43,950 nucleotides of DNA. Source: a virus. Lineage: Duplodnaviria > Caudoviricetes. The notes under the pieces were generated by a model. The model was not told the origin of the DNA. It did not search any database and saw nothing but the letters and a program-made list of their open reading frames with translations. The stretch lies in IMG/VR virus record IMGVR_UViG_3300012041_000032, positions 1-43,950 of that record. One strand, written 5' to 3'. A program made the position numbers and the translations under genes. Every line of letters begins with the position of its first letter. Positions within the stretch are counted from its first letter, which is position 1. Below are positions 16,046 to 24,620 of this stretch, piece by piece.

Positions 16046-16112
16046 CCCGCTTCCTCCCACGCTGGCGGCGTAGGGGATTCGGCCGCTAACCGGGCGGCTC
16101 TCATCAGGCGGG
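16046..16112 (-). ncRNA. Hammerhead-ribozyme-like three-way junction (variant core)
   Basis: CCCGC-CUGAUGA-G-stem II-C-GAAU-stem III-A-GCGGG. Confidence 0.5.
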
Positions 16113-16271
16113 TTTACAGGGAGTCCCACGCCAGCAGGCGCAAGCTCGTTCGAATCGGCATGGGTGCGCCAGAGCGGGCGCTGAGCGGTTGCAGATGTCG
16201 CAATTAATCACCAGCGGCGTGGAGTGTTCGCGTGATGCGCTGAGCGGCATCGGGCGGGTGGTCGTTTTCAC
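16104..16271 (-). CDS. Small Cys-rich protein, not in ORF track
   Basis: GTGA overlap; CDIC...C...CAC...C; its stop is the TGA of CTGATGA. Confidence 0.5.
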   Translation of the reverse strand: MKTTTRPMPLSASREHSTPLVINCDICNRSAPALAHPCRFERACACWRGTPCKPA

Positions 16272-16621
16272 AGCATTGCTCCTTGTGTCGGGCGGAATCC
16301 GTTTAGCTCGGTTTCCGTCTGGTAGGTGTCAACGATTCCGTCGAACAGCGTTGCTCGCTTGACGGTGGCGGCCGGCTTGCAAGCTCGGCCAGGTGCAACG
16401 CTCATAGGCTCGCCACACTCCGCGCAAAAGCGTTCGGCGTAGCAATCGGCGCAGACTTCCGGAACCATGTTCCCGGGAAGGATTGGACCGCGGCCGCATT
16501 CGCACGGGTAGCTTTCGGATGGGAACGGGTCATCGCATGCGGGTTGCTTCGCTTGCATGGCGCGGAGAACGAGCGGCGCCAGGTCGGCGCCCCATTCGTT
16601 AGCGATTTCTTGCGGCGTCAT
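16268..16621 (-). CDS. Cys-rich hypothetical protein
   Basis: CECG, CADC, CAEC; ATGA overlap. Confidence 0.65.
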   Translation of the reverse strand: MTPQEIANEWGADLAPLVLRAMQAKQPACDDPFPSESYPCECGRGPILPGNMVPEVCADCYAERFCAECGEPMSVAPGRACKPAATVKRATLFDGIVDTYQTETELNGFRPTQGAML

Positions 16622-16857
16622 CGGACGGCCTCGGCGCGCTTGGTGGCGTGGATGCAATTCACCTTGACCGTGATACGGCCGTGGCGCTCCATACTGGCGA
16701 GAATGGCCTGGTAGACTTCGAGGCTTACTCCAAGTCCGTTGACGGCGGAATAGACGAGTCCCGATGGCGCGCCCATCGGTCCGGCTTCGCTCGCTACGTC
16801 TTCGATGATGTCCGCGAGCTTGCGGATTGCTTCGATTTGCTTTTCGGCTGTTGTCAC
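16618..16857 (-). CDS. Small winged-helix-like protein
   Basis: AAGGAG RBS; GAPSGLVYSAV...ILASMERHGRI. Confidence 0.7.
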   Translation of the reverse strand: MTTAEKQIEAIRKLADIIEDVASEAGPMGAPSGLVYSAVNGLGVSLEVYQAILASMERHGRITVKVNCIHATKRAEAVR

Positions 16858-16893
16858 GTCTGACTCTCCTTGCGGGTTGGTTGGTGTAGGTGT

Positions 16894-16943
16894 CCCGCGA
16901 CCGCCCCGAACGGCCGGTTCCTAACCGGCGCTCGTCAGGCGGG
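16894..16943 (-). ncRNA. Degenerate second copy of the hammerhead-like element
   Basis: CCCGC-CUGACGA-G-stem GCCGGUU/AACCGGC-C...GUC-GCGGG; GAAA missing. Confidence 0.35.
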
Positions 16944-16947
16944 GGGA

Positions 16948-17286
16948 TTACTTGACTCCGAGGGCCTGGCGGTTGGCCTCGCAATACCCTTCCCACTCGG
17001 CTTCGCTCATCGGTCCGTTGTCGGCCGCGGTGAGATTCCAAGAGCCGTTATCGGCGCGCTCGTGATGGAACACGCGGCCGGCGGGAGTGATGTAATCCGG
17101 CTTGCTTGCGGTGACGGCCTGGATAACGTGCGTAGCGCCGCAGAAGTGGCCCCACTCTGCCCATTCGTCCGCATCGCGGCGCGTGCTGAACACGTTGCGA
17201 GCGCCATTCATGCATTCGACGTTCCATAGTTGGCGCGGAAGCGGGTTGTAAGTTCCGCCGGCGCTCAGGGTGTTCGGGGTGTTCAT
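16948..17286 (-). CDS. Hypothetical protein, first gene of leftward operon
   Basis: GGAG RBS; TTGACA upstream at 17371-17376. Confidence 0.7.
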   Translation of the reverse strand: MNTPNTLSAGGTYNPLPRQLWNVECMNGARNVFSTRRDADEWAEWGHFCGATHVIQAVTASKPDYITPAGRVFHHERADNGSWNLTAADNGPMSEAEWEGYCEANRQALGVK

Positions 17287-17411
17287 TCGTCAATGTCTCC
17301 GTTGGTTGGTGTCGGTCTCTACCCCAAGGGGAACGGCCGCAGCGCTATCTAACTCGACCGGGGTATGTGGTGTCAATACCTACCCCCAAGAAACTTTACC
17401 AAACTAGCCTT

Positions 17412-17725
17412 GTTACGCTTTCCTCAGACTCGCTCGTTACGCTTGTTACGCTTTCGGCGCCCCCGTGTTTCGCTTCCTCGTTACGCTTCCCAGGGCATAA
17501 GCGAAACGTGTTCCGCTTTTATCCGTAACGTGTTTCGCTTTCCGCTCCGACAGTGTCTCTTAGATTCAAAGTTGACCGAACTTGACACTACCCCTTACGC
17601 TCTGAAGGCAAGGGCGAACCGCTCCAGCGAAGGCGACCGCAGTCCTACAGTGCTTTGGGCAGGCTCTATGCTTACGCCGCATCCAGCCTCCGGCAGACGA
17701 CAGACGAAATAAAGACGTTTCGCTT
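17412..17725. repeat. Cluster of 9-bp GTT(A/T/C)CGCTT repeats (iteron- or packaging-site-like)
   Basis: Copies at 17412, 17436, 17445, 17467, 17480, 17499 (inverted), 17510, 17532, 17717. Confidence 0.85.
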
Positions 17726-17849
17726 TCCTACTCTCTACCAGGTTCAACAGAGATTGATTCTCTTCTCTTTAGTTCCGAAGGCTCCGCCTCCGGCCACTCT
17801 GCGAGTGGATTGCTTTCGCTCGTCGCCAGGTCTGCTAGACTCTCCACAA

Positions 17850-18350
17850 ATGGCCAGACAGGACCCTGAGACAGCGCTCGCCGTATTCCAGGAACAACGA
17901 GAGTTGGAAAAGCGGGAGCTACAAGAGCGGATACGTGTTGCTCGTGACCGTATGGCCGCGGACGGCGCGCGCAGGCTCGTACCCTTCTCGAAGGACCGGA
18001 AAGCCGCGTTCGTCGCCGCTGTAGCGGCCGGCCTGAACGTTCACGCGGCCTGTGACGTGGTGGGAATCGCTACGTCAACGCTCTACGCTCAGCGCAATTC
18101 AGATTCAGAGTTCGCTCGAGCGTGGGCCGATGCGCTCGAAGCCTCCACCGCGCCAATCGAAGAGCGGCTGGCGAACATCGCAGCCATCGGCGCAGCTGAC
18201 AGCATGGCGACCGTGCGCGCCGCTGAGGTTCTACTCAAGCACAGGGACCCCAGGCGCTACACCAAGGCGCCGGCCGTGAGCGCGGAGCTTAGGCAGACCG
18301 CAGAAGGTGGGAGCTTCTCAGTCACACTCGGTACCCGCTTGCCGGACTGA
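17850..18350 (+). CDS. terS: Terminase small subunit
   Basis: HTH AACDVVGIATSTLY...DSEFARAWADALE; upstream of terL; TGC-TAGACT 8 nt before ATG. Confidence 0.8.
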   Translation: MARQDPETALAVFQEQRELEKRELQERIRVARDRMAADGARRLVPFSKDRKAAFVAAVAAGLNVHAACDVVGIATSTLYAQRNSDSEFARAWADALEASTAPIEERLANIAAIGAADSMATVRAAEVLLKHRDPRRYTKAPAVSAELRQTAEGGSFSVTLGTRLPD

Positions 18351-18740
18351 TTGAACCTAGTTTTACCATAAGAGATATAGTACGAACATCTTTCGGCCGC
18401 GATTTTCAGCGTGCGGAGCGAGCGATTTCGGAGCACGGCGAGGCCCGCGGGAGGAGGGTGGAGGGTGGCCCCGGCGTTCCCGTCGCCCCCGCCCCTATTT
18501 CCACACTGTCCGTCACCCCCCTATCCTTCTCGTGCGCGCACAACCTTTTTTCTTCGGCTCCTGAAAATGTTATTTACGCGCGCGGGCAACCCCACTAGAC
18601 TTTCGTGAGTGCTGCTTGGGGCTGGCAAGAGAGGCTATCTCCGTGGTCCGGGCACAGCGTTCTCTGAGTCATTGAGGCGCGACATCTGGTGCAAATCCCG
18701 ATGGCCTTGGCGGCACGAAATTGGGACGGAGGTGTGAACG

Positions 18741-19121
18741 GTGGGAATCACTGAGGATGCGCTGAGGGCGGCGGAGGAGCGGTTGTACGGCAAGGACGTG
18801 TACGAGCGTGCTGGGGCCGTGATGAACCGGGCGATGGATGCGAGCAAGGATTCCGTGGTCGTGCGCTCTGTGTGCGGAGGAACGGACGCTACTCCGGGGG
18901 AAGGTGGGGAAGTTGAAGAGGAAGCTGCGGAAGGCGAGGCGGAAGTGACCTGGCTGCAGCTGAGTGCGGGCCTCTTCGTGCCGATGTCGAGCGTGCTGGA
19001 GGTCCGTCGCAACCAAATGGGCGGGCAAGTGCTGCTGGCGAACGGCACTGAGTTCATCCTGTCGTCGGGCTTTCCGCGGGAGGTTTCGACGCGGGTTGTG
19101 GCTGGGCTGAAAGACGAATAG
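18741..19121 (+). CDS. Hypothetical protein
   Basis: GGAGGT RBS before GTG. Confidence 0.65.
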   Translation: MGITEDALRAAEERLYGKDVYERAGAVMNRAMDASKDSVVVRSVCGGTDATPGEGGEVEEEAAEGEAEVTWLQLSAGLFVPMSSVLEVRRNQMGGQVLLANGTEFILSSGFPREVSTRVVAGLKDE

Positions 19122-19148
19122 AGCGTCTTGGGGTAGGATTTCGCCTGT

Positions 19149-20663
19149 ATGGTGACTGCGACACTCCCGCGCCCCGGCGAGTTGGTCCAGGAGAATTGGG
19201 ACACGACCGTCCTGATGCCGGGCGATGGGAAGAAGGTCGTTTCGGAGTACCGGCCCTGGCCGAAGCAAGTTGCGGCGCACCAGGCGCGGGCGCGATATGT
19301 CTGCTACGGCGGTGCGCGCGGTCCGGGGAAAACGGTCTGGCTGGCGGAACACGCGAAGGCGATGATGCTGCGGTATCCGGGGATTCCGATTCTCGTCGGG
19401 CGCAAGGACCTCATCGACCTCAAGCGCACGACCATCGTGGAGTTCTTCAAGCGCACGCCCAAGGAGTTCTACGACCCCGCGTATGGCGGCCAATGGAACA
19501 AGGGCGAGCATTGGGTGCGCTTCTTCAACGGCTCGATCTGCTACTTCGGCGAGTTGAAGGATTGGGAATCGTACAAGTCGATGACCCTCGGCTGGATCGG
19601 TGTCGATGAGGGCAACGAGGTCGAAGAGGAAACCTACATCAACCTCGACCCGACGCTCCGCTGGACGACCGGGAAAGGGACGTGCGAGCGTCCGGAGTGC
19701 CGGGCGCTCGGTGAGTTCGCGCGCGAGCACAACGAACACCCGTTTTACCAGCTGGCGATGGCCACGAACCCCGCGCCGGGGTGGGTGAAGGAACGCTTTT
19801 GGGACCCGTGGAAGGCCGGGAACGAGCGCCCGAACCATTCGTTTGTGGCGGCAACGAGCTTCGATAATCCCTCGTTGCCACCTGATTTCATCCCTCGATT
19901 GCTCGAAAACCACACGAGCCAATGGGTTCACAACTACGTCTACGGCGATTGGGCGAGCTTCGAGAACATGGTTTGGCCCCGTTTCAGCCGGCCGGACCAC
20001 GGTTGGCGCGACCCGATCCCGTTCGGCAAGTTCACGAAGATTGAGGGCGGAATCGACTACGGCGGGACCACTTCGGAGGCCCACCGCACCGCCGCCTACC
20101 TCACCGGCCAGCTTCCCGGCGGCCAACTCGTGACCTTCTGGGAGTATTCCAAGCAGGGCGGCGCCTCGAAAGATTTCTTCGCCACCATTCGCGCCGTGAA
20201 CCGCCTCTACCGGGTGAATCGGTGGTGGGCGGACTCTTCCCAGCACCGCGCGAACGAGCTTCTGCGGGGCGAAGGCGTCGCCGTCCAGGACGCGGCCCGC
20301 TACAAGGGCGCCGTCAAGGACGGGTTGAACTCCGTTGACCGCGAATTGACCGGGCCGAGCTTGTTTGTCGTGGAATCGGCGTGCCCGCGGCTCGTGAGCG
20401 GCATCGAAAGCTACCAGCTGGACCCGAAGACGGGCGAACCGACCGCGAACCAGGACGACGATGAAGTCAACGCCTGGCGCTACAACATCTTCCACATGGT
20501 GCGGGAGCGCGGAGCACTGCCCGCCGCCCAGCAATGGACCGTGAAGGGCGCCGCGGGCGGAGAGAAGAAGCCCCTGGCCTCGCGAGCGATGGCCGAATAC
20601 CGCCGCCAGAAGCAAGAACGGCTGCGAAAGCAATACGAAAAGGTCGGAATCGGGAGGGATTAA
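19149..20663 (+). CDS. terL: Terminase large subunit
   Basis: Walker A GGARGPGKT, Walker B IGVDE, ATNP, nuclease GIDYG and DDEVNAWRY. Confidence 0.93.
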   Translation: MVTATLPRPGELVQENWDTTVLMPGDGKKVVSEYRPWPKQVAAHQARARYVCYGGARGPGKTVWLAEHAKAMMLRYPGIPILVGRKDLIDLKRTTIVEFFKRTPKEFYDPAYGGQWNKGEHWVRFFNGSICYFGELKDWESYKSMTLGWIGVDEGNEVEEETYINLDPTLRWTTGKGTCERPECRALGEFAREHNEHPFYQLAMATNPAPGWVKERFWDPWKAGNERPNHSFVAATSFDNPSLPPDFIPRLLENHTSQWVHNYVYGDWASFENMVWPRFSRPDHGWRDPIPFGKFTKIEGGIDYGGTTSEAHRTAAYLTGQLPGGQLVTFWEYSKQGGASKDFFATIRAVNRLYRVNRWWADSSQHRANELLRGEGVAVQDAARYKGAVKDGLNSVDRELTGPSLFVVESACPRLVSGIESYQLDPKTGEPTANQDDDEVNAWRYNIFHMVRERGALPAAQQWTVKGAAGGEKKPLASRAMAEYRRQKQERLRKQYEKVGIGRD

Positions 20664-22714
20664 TGGCCGCGAAGAATGACGCGCGGATGCTGGATTACCG
20701 GCCCGGCCGCAAACGCTATGAAGAGAAGCCTGAGCACTACATTACCGGGAAGGTGAAGGACGCCGCGAGCACGATGGGCAAGGCTGGCGGCAACGTCTCC
20801 GCCGGGGCCATCGCCACCCTCGGGCAAGACCTGAAACAGAACCAGCAAACGCAGACCGACAGCATCGACTACATGATCGACCTGTTCCGCGGGAAGCACG
20901 ACCTCGGCATCCCCGCCGACAAGCGCTTCGTGAACTTCGACGCAAAGAGCGCGAAGCCCGCGGATATCATCTTCCGCGTGATGGGGATGCTCGCCACCCC
21001 GTTCAAGTTCCAGTTCATCCCGCCCGATGGAACCTCCGACGAAGCGGTCAAGGCCGACGCGATTGAGGCTCACCTGAACGCGTTTTACCCGTTTATGTTC
21101 CGCAAGTACGGCGTCCGCTTCGACCTCCAGTCGCTCTGGTGGCAGCTGGTGGGCGGGACGTCGTGGATTCAGCAGACCTACCTCCCGTTCTATTGGGACA
21201 AGACGTACATGCGCCAGGCGAAGGCCGAAGGCGACCTCGAATACAACTCGCGCGTGGCCGGGTATCGCGGCTACATGGGGCCGCCGATCATGGTTCAGTC
21301 GTTCGACCCGCGCGTCGTGTTCCCGATTGACTCCCCGATGGGCATCGAAGCCCACGTCAAGGAGTACCGGGTGCAGCGGTTCGAGATGGACGCCGCCTTC
21401 GCCCGTGTCGGCAAGCGCGTCAAAACCGACCGCAACGGCAAGGTCACGGACATCGAAACGAACCGGCCGGGCCAGATATTCCCGCCCGATTCCGCCGGCC
21501 CCGAGCAGAACGCCGACACGCAGAGCTACTACGAATACATCGATGACGTGATGTGCTACTACGTCGTCGGCGACCGCATCGTCCACAAATGGGCGCACAA
21601 CGGCGGCATCGGCCTTTTCCCCGCCTACGGCCTGCAAACAGGCATGGTGGACTCCGCGATGAAGGCGGTCGGCCTGCTCTACGCCGTTCGCAACGAAATC
21701 CCGCAACTCGACTTCGCCCGGACGATGTGGCTCCAGGCTGCCTACCTCACGGTAAACCCGCAACTGTGGGTGCAGCTGGCGGACACGGATGACGTGCTCC
21801 GCGACGAATCCGGCGCGCCCCAGCAATGGAACATCGAGCCGGGCACGGTGAAGCAGATCCGCGGCGTGCTCGTGAACGCGCTCAAAGAGTTCGGGAGCGG
21901 CATAGACTTCCGCGCGTTCGTGGAGATGCTGGCCGGCGACATCGACCTGGCGACGCTCACCCCGCTCGCTCGCGGCATCGCCGGCGCCCAACAGCCCGGC
22001 TACAGCATTAACCAGCTTTCCCAGGCCATGCGCCTCATGTGGAAGCCGATCATCGAATCGCTCGAACTCCAGCGGTCGCTGATGGCGGAACACTATCTGC
22101 GGATGGTGAAGGGGCCGATCGGGCAGGACTGCAGCATCTTCGGCGAGACGGAGATGAGCGAAGAGGGCCGGCGGACGGGCAAGTATTTCAGCATCTCGCC
22201 GAAGGACATCCCCGAATTCTTCCGCGTCCAGGCCATCGTCAACCCCGAACTGCCCATCGACACCGCCGGGAACATGGTGACGTGGAGCGAGATGGCGATG
22301 AAGGGCTACGCCTCGTTCGAGGAAGTCACTCGCGAAGGCTTCAACAAGACGAACCCCGTGGCCCGGAAGAAGCAAATCAACAAGGACATGTTCGAGCGGG
22401 CGATGGCGCCGAAGATCTGGGAGGACGCGATGGCCCTCGGCCGCGTCAAGCTCACGGCGGAAGTCTTGAAGGCATCCGGCGCCGACAAGCTCAACTCGGT
22501 GTTCTCGCAGGATGTCCAGGTACTCAAAAGCGCTGGTGATGGCGGGGCACCATCCGGCGCCCAGCCCGCCGGCGGACCGCCACCGGCTGCCGGCGGGCAA
22601 CCCCCTTCCGCGATGCCGATGGCCGGCGGGAGTGGCGGCACGGGCATCCCGCCGACCACGGGCGCAAATCCAGCCGACCCGCGGCCCGGACCGAGGATGG
22701 GCGACGGTGCCTAA
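20663..22714 (+). CDS. Portal protein (podovirus-like, long)
   Basis: Directly after terL (TAATG), ~683 aa, FDPRVVFP motif, Pro/Gly-rich tail. Confidence 0.8.
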   Translation: MAAKNDARMLDYRPGRKRYEEKPEHYITGKVKDAASTMGKAGGNVSAGAIATLGQDLKQNQQTQTDSIDYMIDLFRGKHDLGIPADKRFVNFDAKSAKPADIIFRVMGMLATPFKFQFIPPDGTSDEAVKADAIEAHLNAFYPFMFRKYGVRFDLQSLWWQLVGGTSWIQQTYLPFYWDKTYMRQAKAEGDLEYNSRVAGYRGYMGPPIMVQSFDPRVVFPIDSPMGIEAHVKEYRVQRFEMDAAFARVGKRVKTDRNGKVTDIETNRPGQIFPPDSAGPEQNADTQSYYEYIDDVMCYYVVGDRIVHKWAHNGGIGLFPAYGLQTGMVDSAMKAVGLLYAVRNEIPQLDFARTMWLQAAYLTVNPQLWVQLADTDDVLRDESGAPQQWNIEPGTVKQIRGVLVNALKEFGSGIDFRAFVEMLAGDIDLATLTPLARGIAGAQQPGYSINQLSQAMRLMWKPIIESLELQRSLMAEHYLRMVKGPIGQDCSIFGETEMSEEGRRTGKYFSISPKDIPEFFRVQAIVNPELPIDTAGNMVTWSEMAMKGYASFEEVTREGFNKTNPVARKKQINKDMFERAMAPKIWEDAMALGRVKLTAEVLKASGADKLNSVFSQDVQVLKSAGDGGAPSGAQPAGGPPPAAGGQPPSAMPMAGGSGGTGIPPTTGANPADPRPGPRMGDGA

Positions 22715-23243
22715 GACCGAACTGAACCCGATGGAAGCCCTCGTAATCGAGATGTCCGATTACTACGTGGACGCCGTGCTGGCGATGACGAAGCACATCG
22801 CCCCCGTGCGCCCGTGGTGGCACACCGAACTCTCCGCCGACGAACAAATCTGGCGCTACCTCGACATCCGCGAGGACGTGATGGCGTGGGTGATGGTGGC
22901 GGGCGTGGCCCTCGGCTACGAATCCGGCGACGAAGTGCTGGCGAACCTGGAGGACATCTTCACGGATGAGCGGCTGGTGGACGCCATCGACCCGATGGTC
23001 GCCATCGCCGTGCCCCACGTACTCATCGAGGCCGTGCAATCCAATGGTCCGAAGGAAGCCGCCAACTGGATTAGGCGTCTCGAAAAAATGGCTGAGGGAA
23101 GGGCTAAGGCCCTCGGCCTCTTGGAGGCCAATCGTGAAGTCAATGTCCCCGAAGCGCCCGATGTTCCACCCCCCTACGAGGTGGCAATCATCGATTCACC
23201 CGGATTCCCGCTTTATGGGGGCGCTCCTACCGAGGACTTTTAG
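22707..23243 (+). CDS. Hypothetical protein
   Basis: Overlaps the portal stop; acidic helical protein. Confidence 0.7.
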   Translation: MPKTELNPMEALVIEMSDYYVDAVLAMTKHIAPVRPWWHTELSADEQIWRYLDIREDVMAWVMVAGVALGYESGDEVLANLEDIFTDERLVDAIDPMVAIAVPHVLIEAVQSNGPKEAANWIRRLEKMAEGRAKALGLLEANREVNVPEAPDVPPPYEVAIIDSPGFPLYGGAPTEDF

Positions 23244-23790
23244 CGCCCCGGAAATTCGCGCGGCCCTTCGCCATCATGTCCGCCGTGTTTTCTGCCGTTG
23301 TGCCAGCGCGCAGGTGGGCCGGTCGCACGCAAGGCCGGTTGTCGCACTTGTGCATTACCACCGGGCGATCCGGCGGCAGGGCGCCGAAATGAAGGATGTA
23401 GGAAAAGCGGTGGGCGGAGATGTAGTGCTTGCCGTCCCAAAACGCACCGTAGCCGTTCGTGGCGAGCGCACCCGTCCACTCCCAACACCCGTCGCCCTGA
23501 GCCACCATTGACCAGAACACTTCTTCGCGGCTTGGCCGCTGCGTGCGCCCCGTGCGGCGCATCCGCTTGTAATGCATCCCACAGAAGCCCCGCTTCTCCG
23601 GTGCGCGTTCACACTCGGGAACCGCGCAACTCGCCGCCTTGGGCACCACAGGGGGCCTCGGAGCGGGTTTCGCCCGGACCGTCTCTAGCGAGCCGCCGTT
23701 CTGCATCCTCTGGTAGTGCAAGTTGCACCAGCCGTGACCGTAGTGCGGCCGCTCACAGTCCGGGACCGTACACCAACGTTTCGGCCTCAT
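23227..23790 (-). CDS. HNH endonuclease (HNH_3 type) with two N-terminal C3H repeats
   Basis: CWEWTG...AHRFSY...VMHKCDNRPCVRPAHLRAGTTAENTAD; CxxxxC...CxxHY twice. Confidence 0.9.
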   Translation of the reverse strand: MRPKRWCTVPDCERPHYGHGWCNLHYQRMQNGGSLETVRAKPAPRPPVVPKAASCAVPECERAPEKRGFCGMHYKRMRRTGRTQRPSREEVFWSMVAQGDGCWEWTGALATNGYGAFWDGKHYISAHRFSYILHFGALPPDRPVVMHKCDNRPCVRPAHLRAGTTAENTADMMAKGRANFRGAKSPR

Positions 23791-23948
23791 GCGGCCTTCT
23801 CCTGGGCGACCGCCCCGGAGCAATGGCACGGGACGCGCGTCCAGAACCGAATGGCGCTGCCGGGTTCGCGGCGCACGAGCTTGTCGCGAAGGCCGGTACC
23901 TCCGCACTTCGCGCAGGGCTTAGGGAACTCGATGATTAGAGCGGACAT
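23787..23948 (-). CDS. Small zinc-finger protein, paralogue of 3351..3515, not in ORF track
   Basis: MSALIIEFPKPCAKCGGTGLRDKLVPREPGSAIRFWTRVPCHCSGAVAQEKAA; GGAGG RBS. Confidence 0.75.
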   Translation of the reverse strand: MSALIIEFPKPCAKCGGTGLRDKLVRREPGSAIRFWTRVPCHCSGAVAQEKAA

Positions 23949-24089
23949 GACAAACCCCCTCCGGGCCGGTTGAGTTGGTTGTCACACACATCTCAGGGGT
24001 CGACCACGAGAGGGGGCAGTAGAGAATGCTAAGCGGAAGGAATGTCGGAAACAACTCAACTGACCCCAAGACTGAAGATATGTGTGACG
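23949..24089 (-). ncRNA. Structured 5' leader with competing pairings that include the RBS
   Basis: Complementary pairs 24072-24088/23981-23996, 24052-24060/23969-23977, 24010-24017/23954-23961. Confidence 0.6.
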
Positions 24090-24095
24090 CTGAAC

Positions 24096-24124
24096 ACACT
24101 ACGCGGCCCGAATTGCCACGTCAA
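24096..24124 (-). promoter_or_regulatory. Sigma70-type promoter
   Basis: TTGACG-N17-TAGTGT. Confidence 0.75.
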
Positions 24125-24164
24125 TAGCGCCTTTACCGGCGCATCTGTGTTAACCTCCCGCGCC

Positions 24165-24620
24165 ATGAAGAAGTGGCGCATCGCAGGTGCGGCAGGGGTC
24201 GTTCTCCTCTTGGCGGCGGGCGCGGTCGCGGTCGTTACGGTGGATAGTGGCGGCGGTGGCGACACCGATAGGGCCGAAGCCGCCGCACCGGAGGGCGCGC
24301 CCCGGCTGCGGGCGGGCGATGTGGCCGCAGTGGTGGGAGAATGGCAGCGGGCCAACCGTGTTCAGGAAGCCCAGGTTGATGAGGCACAGGAAGCGAACTG
24401 CCGTGACAAGGCGTACGCCGACAATGCGACACGTCCGGGCGGACCTTCTGAGCGCTGGCTATCCACAGCACTGAGAAGTTGCACCACGGCAAGCCGCTCA
24501 TCCTCCGGCGGGCCGTACTGCAGCGCGGCCATCGCGAGCTATCGCGGCGAAGGGGTGTGGGAGTGCGGGGCCGTGCGATACGACGAACAGACCGGCCGCA
24601 TCTGGTACGGCGGCTCCTAG
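24165..24620 (+). CDS. Exported/membrane-anchored protein (moron-like)
   Basis: MKKWR plus hydrophobic stretch; four Cys; TGT-TAACCT 8 nt before ATG. Confidence 0.7.
   Translation: MKKWRIAGAAGVVLLLAAGAVAVVTVDSGGGGDTDRAEAAAPEGAPRLRAGDVAAVVGEWQRANRVQEAQVDEAQEANCRDKAYADNATRPGGPSERWLSTALRSCTTASRSSSGGPYCSAAIASYRGEGVWECGAVRYDEQTGRIWYGGS

Noticed and set aside
17412-17725. CRISPR array
   Set aside because: Repeats are only 9 bp, irregularly spaced, one inverted; no cas genes.
18669-22600. 654-aa and 646-aa minus-strand ORFs
   Set aside because: Antisense shadows of terL and portal; no motif or promoter, unlike the nested HNH.
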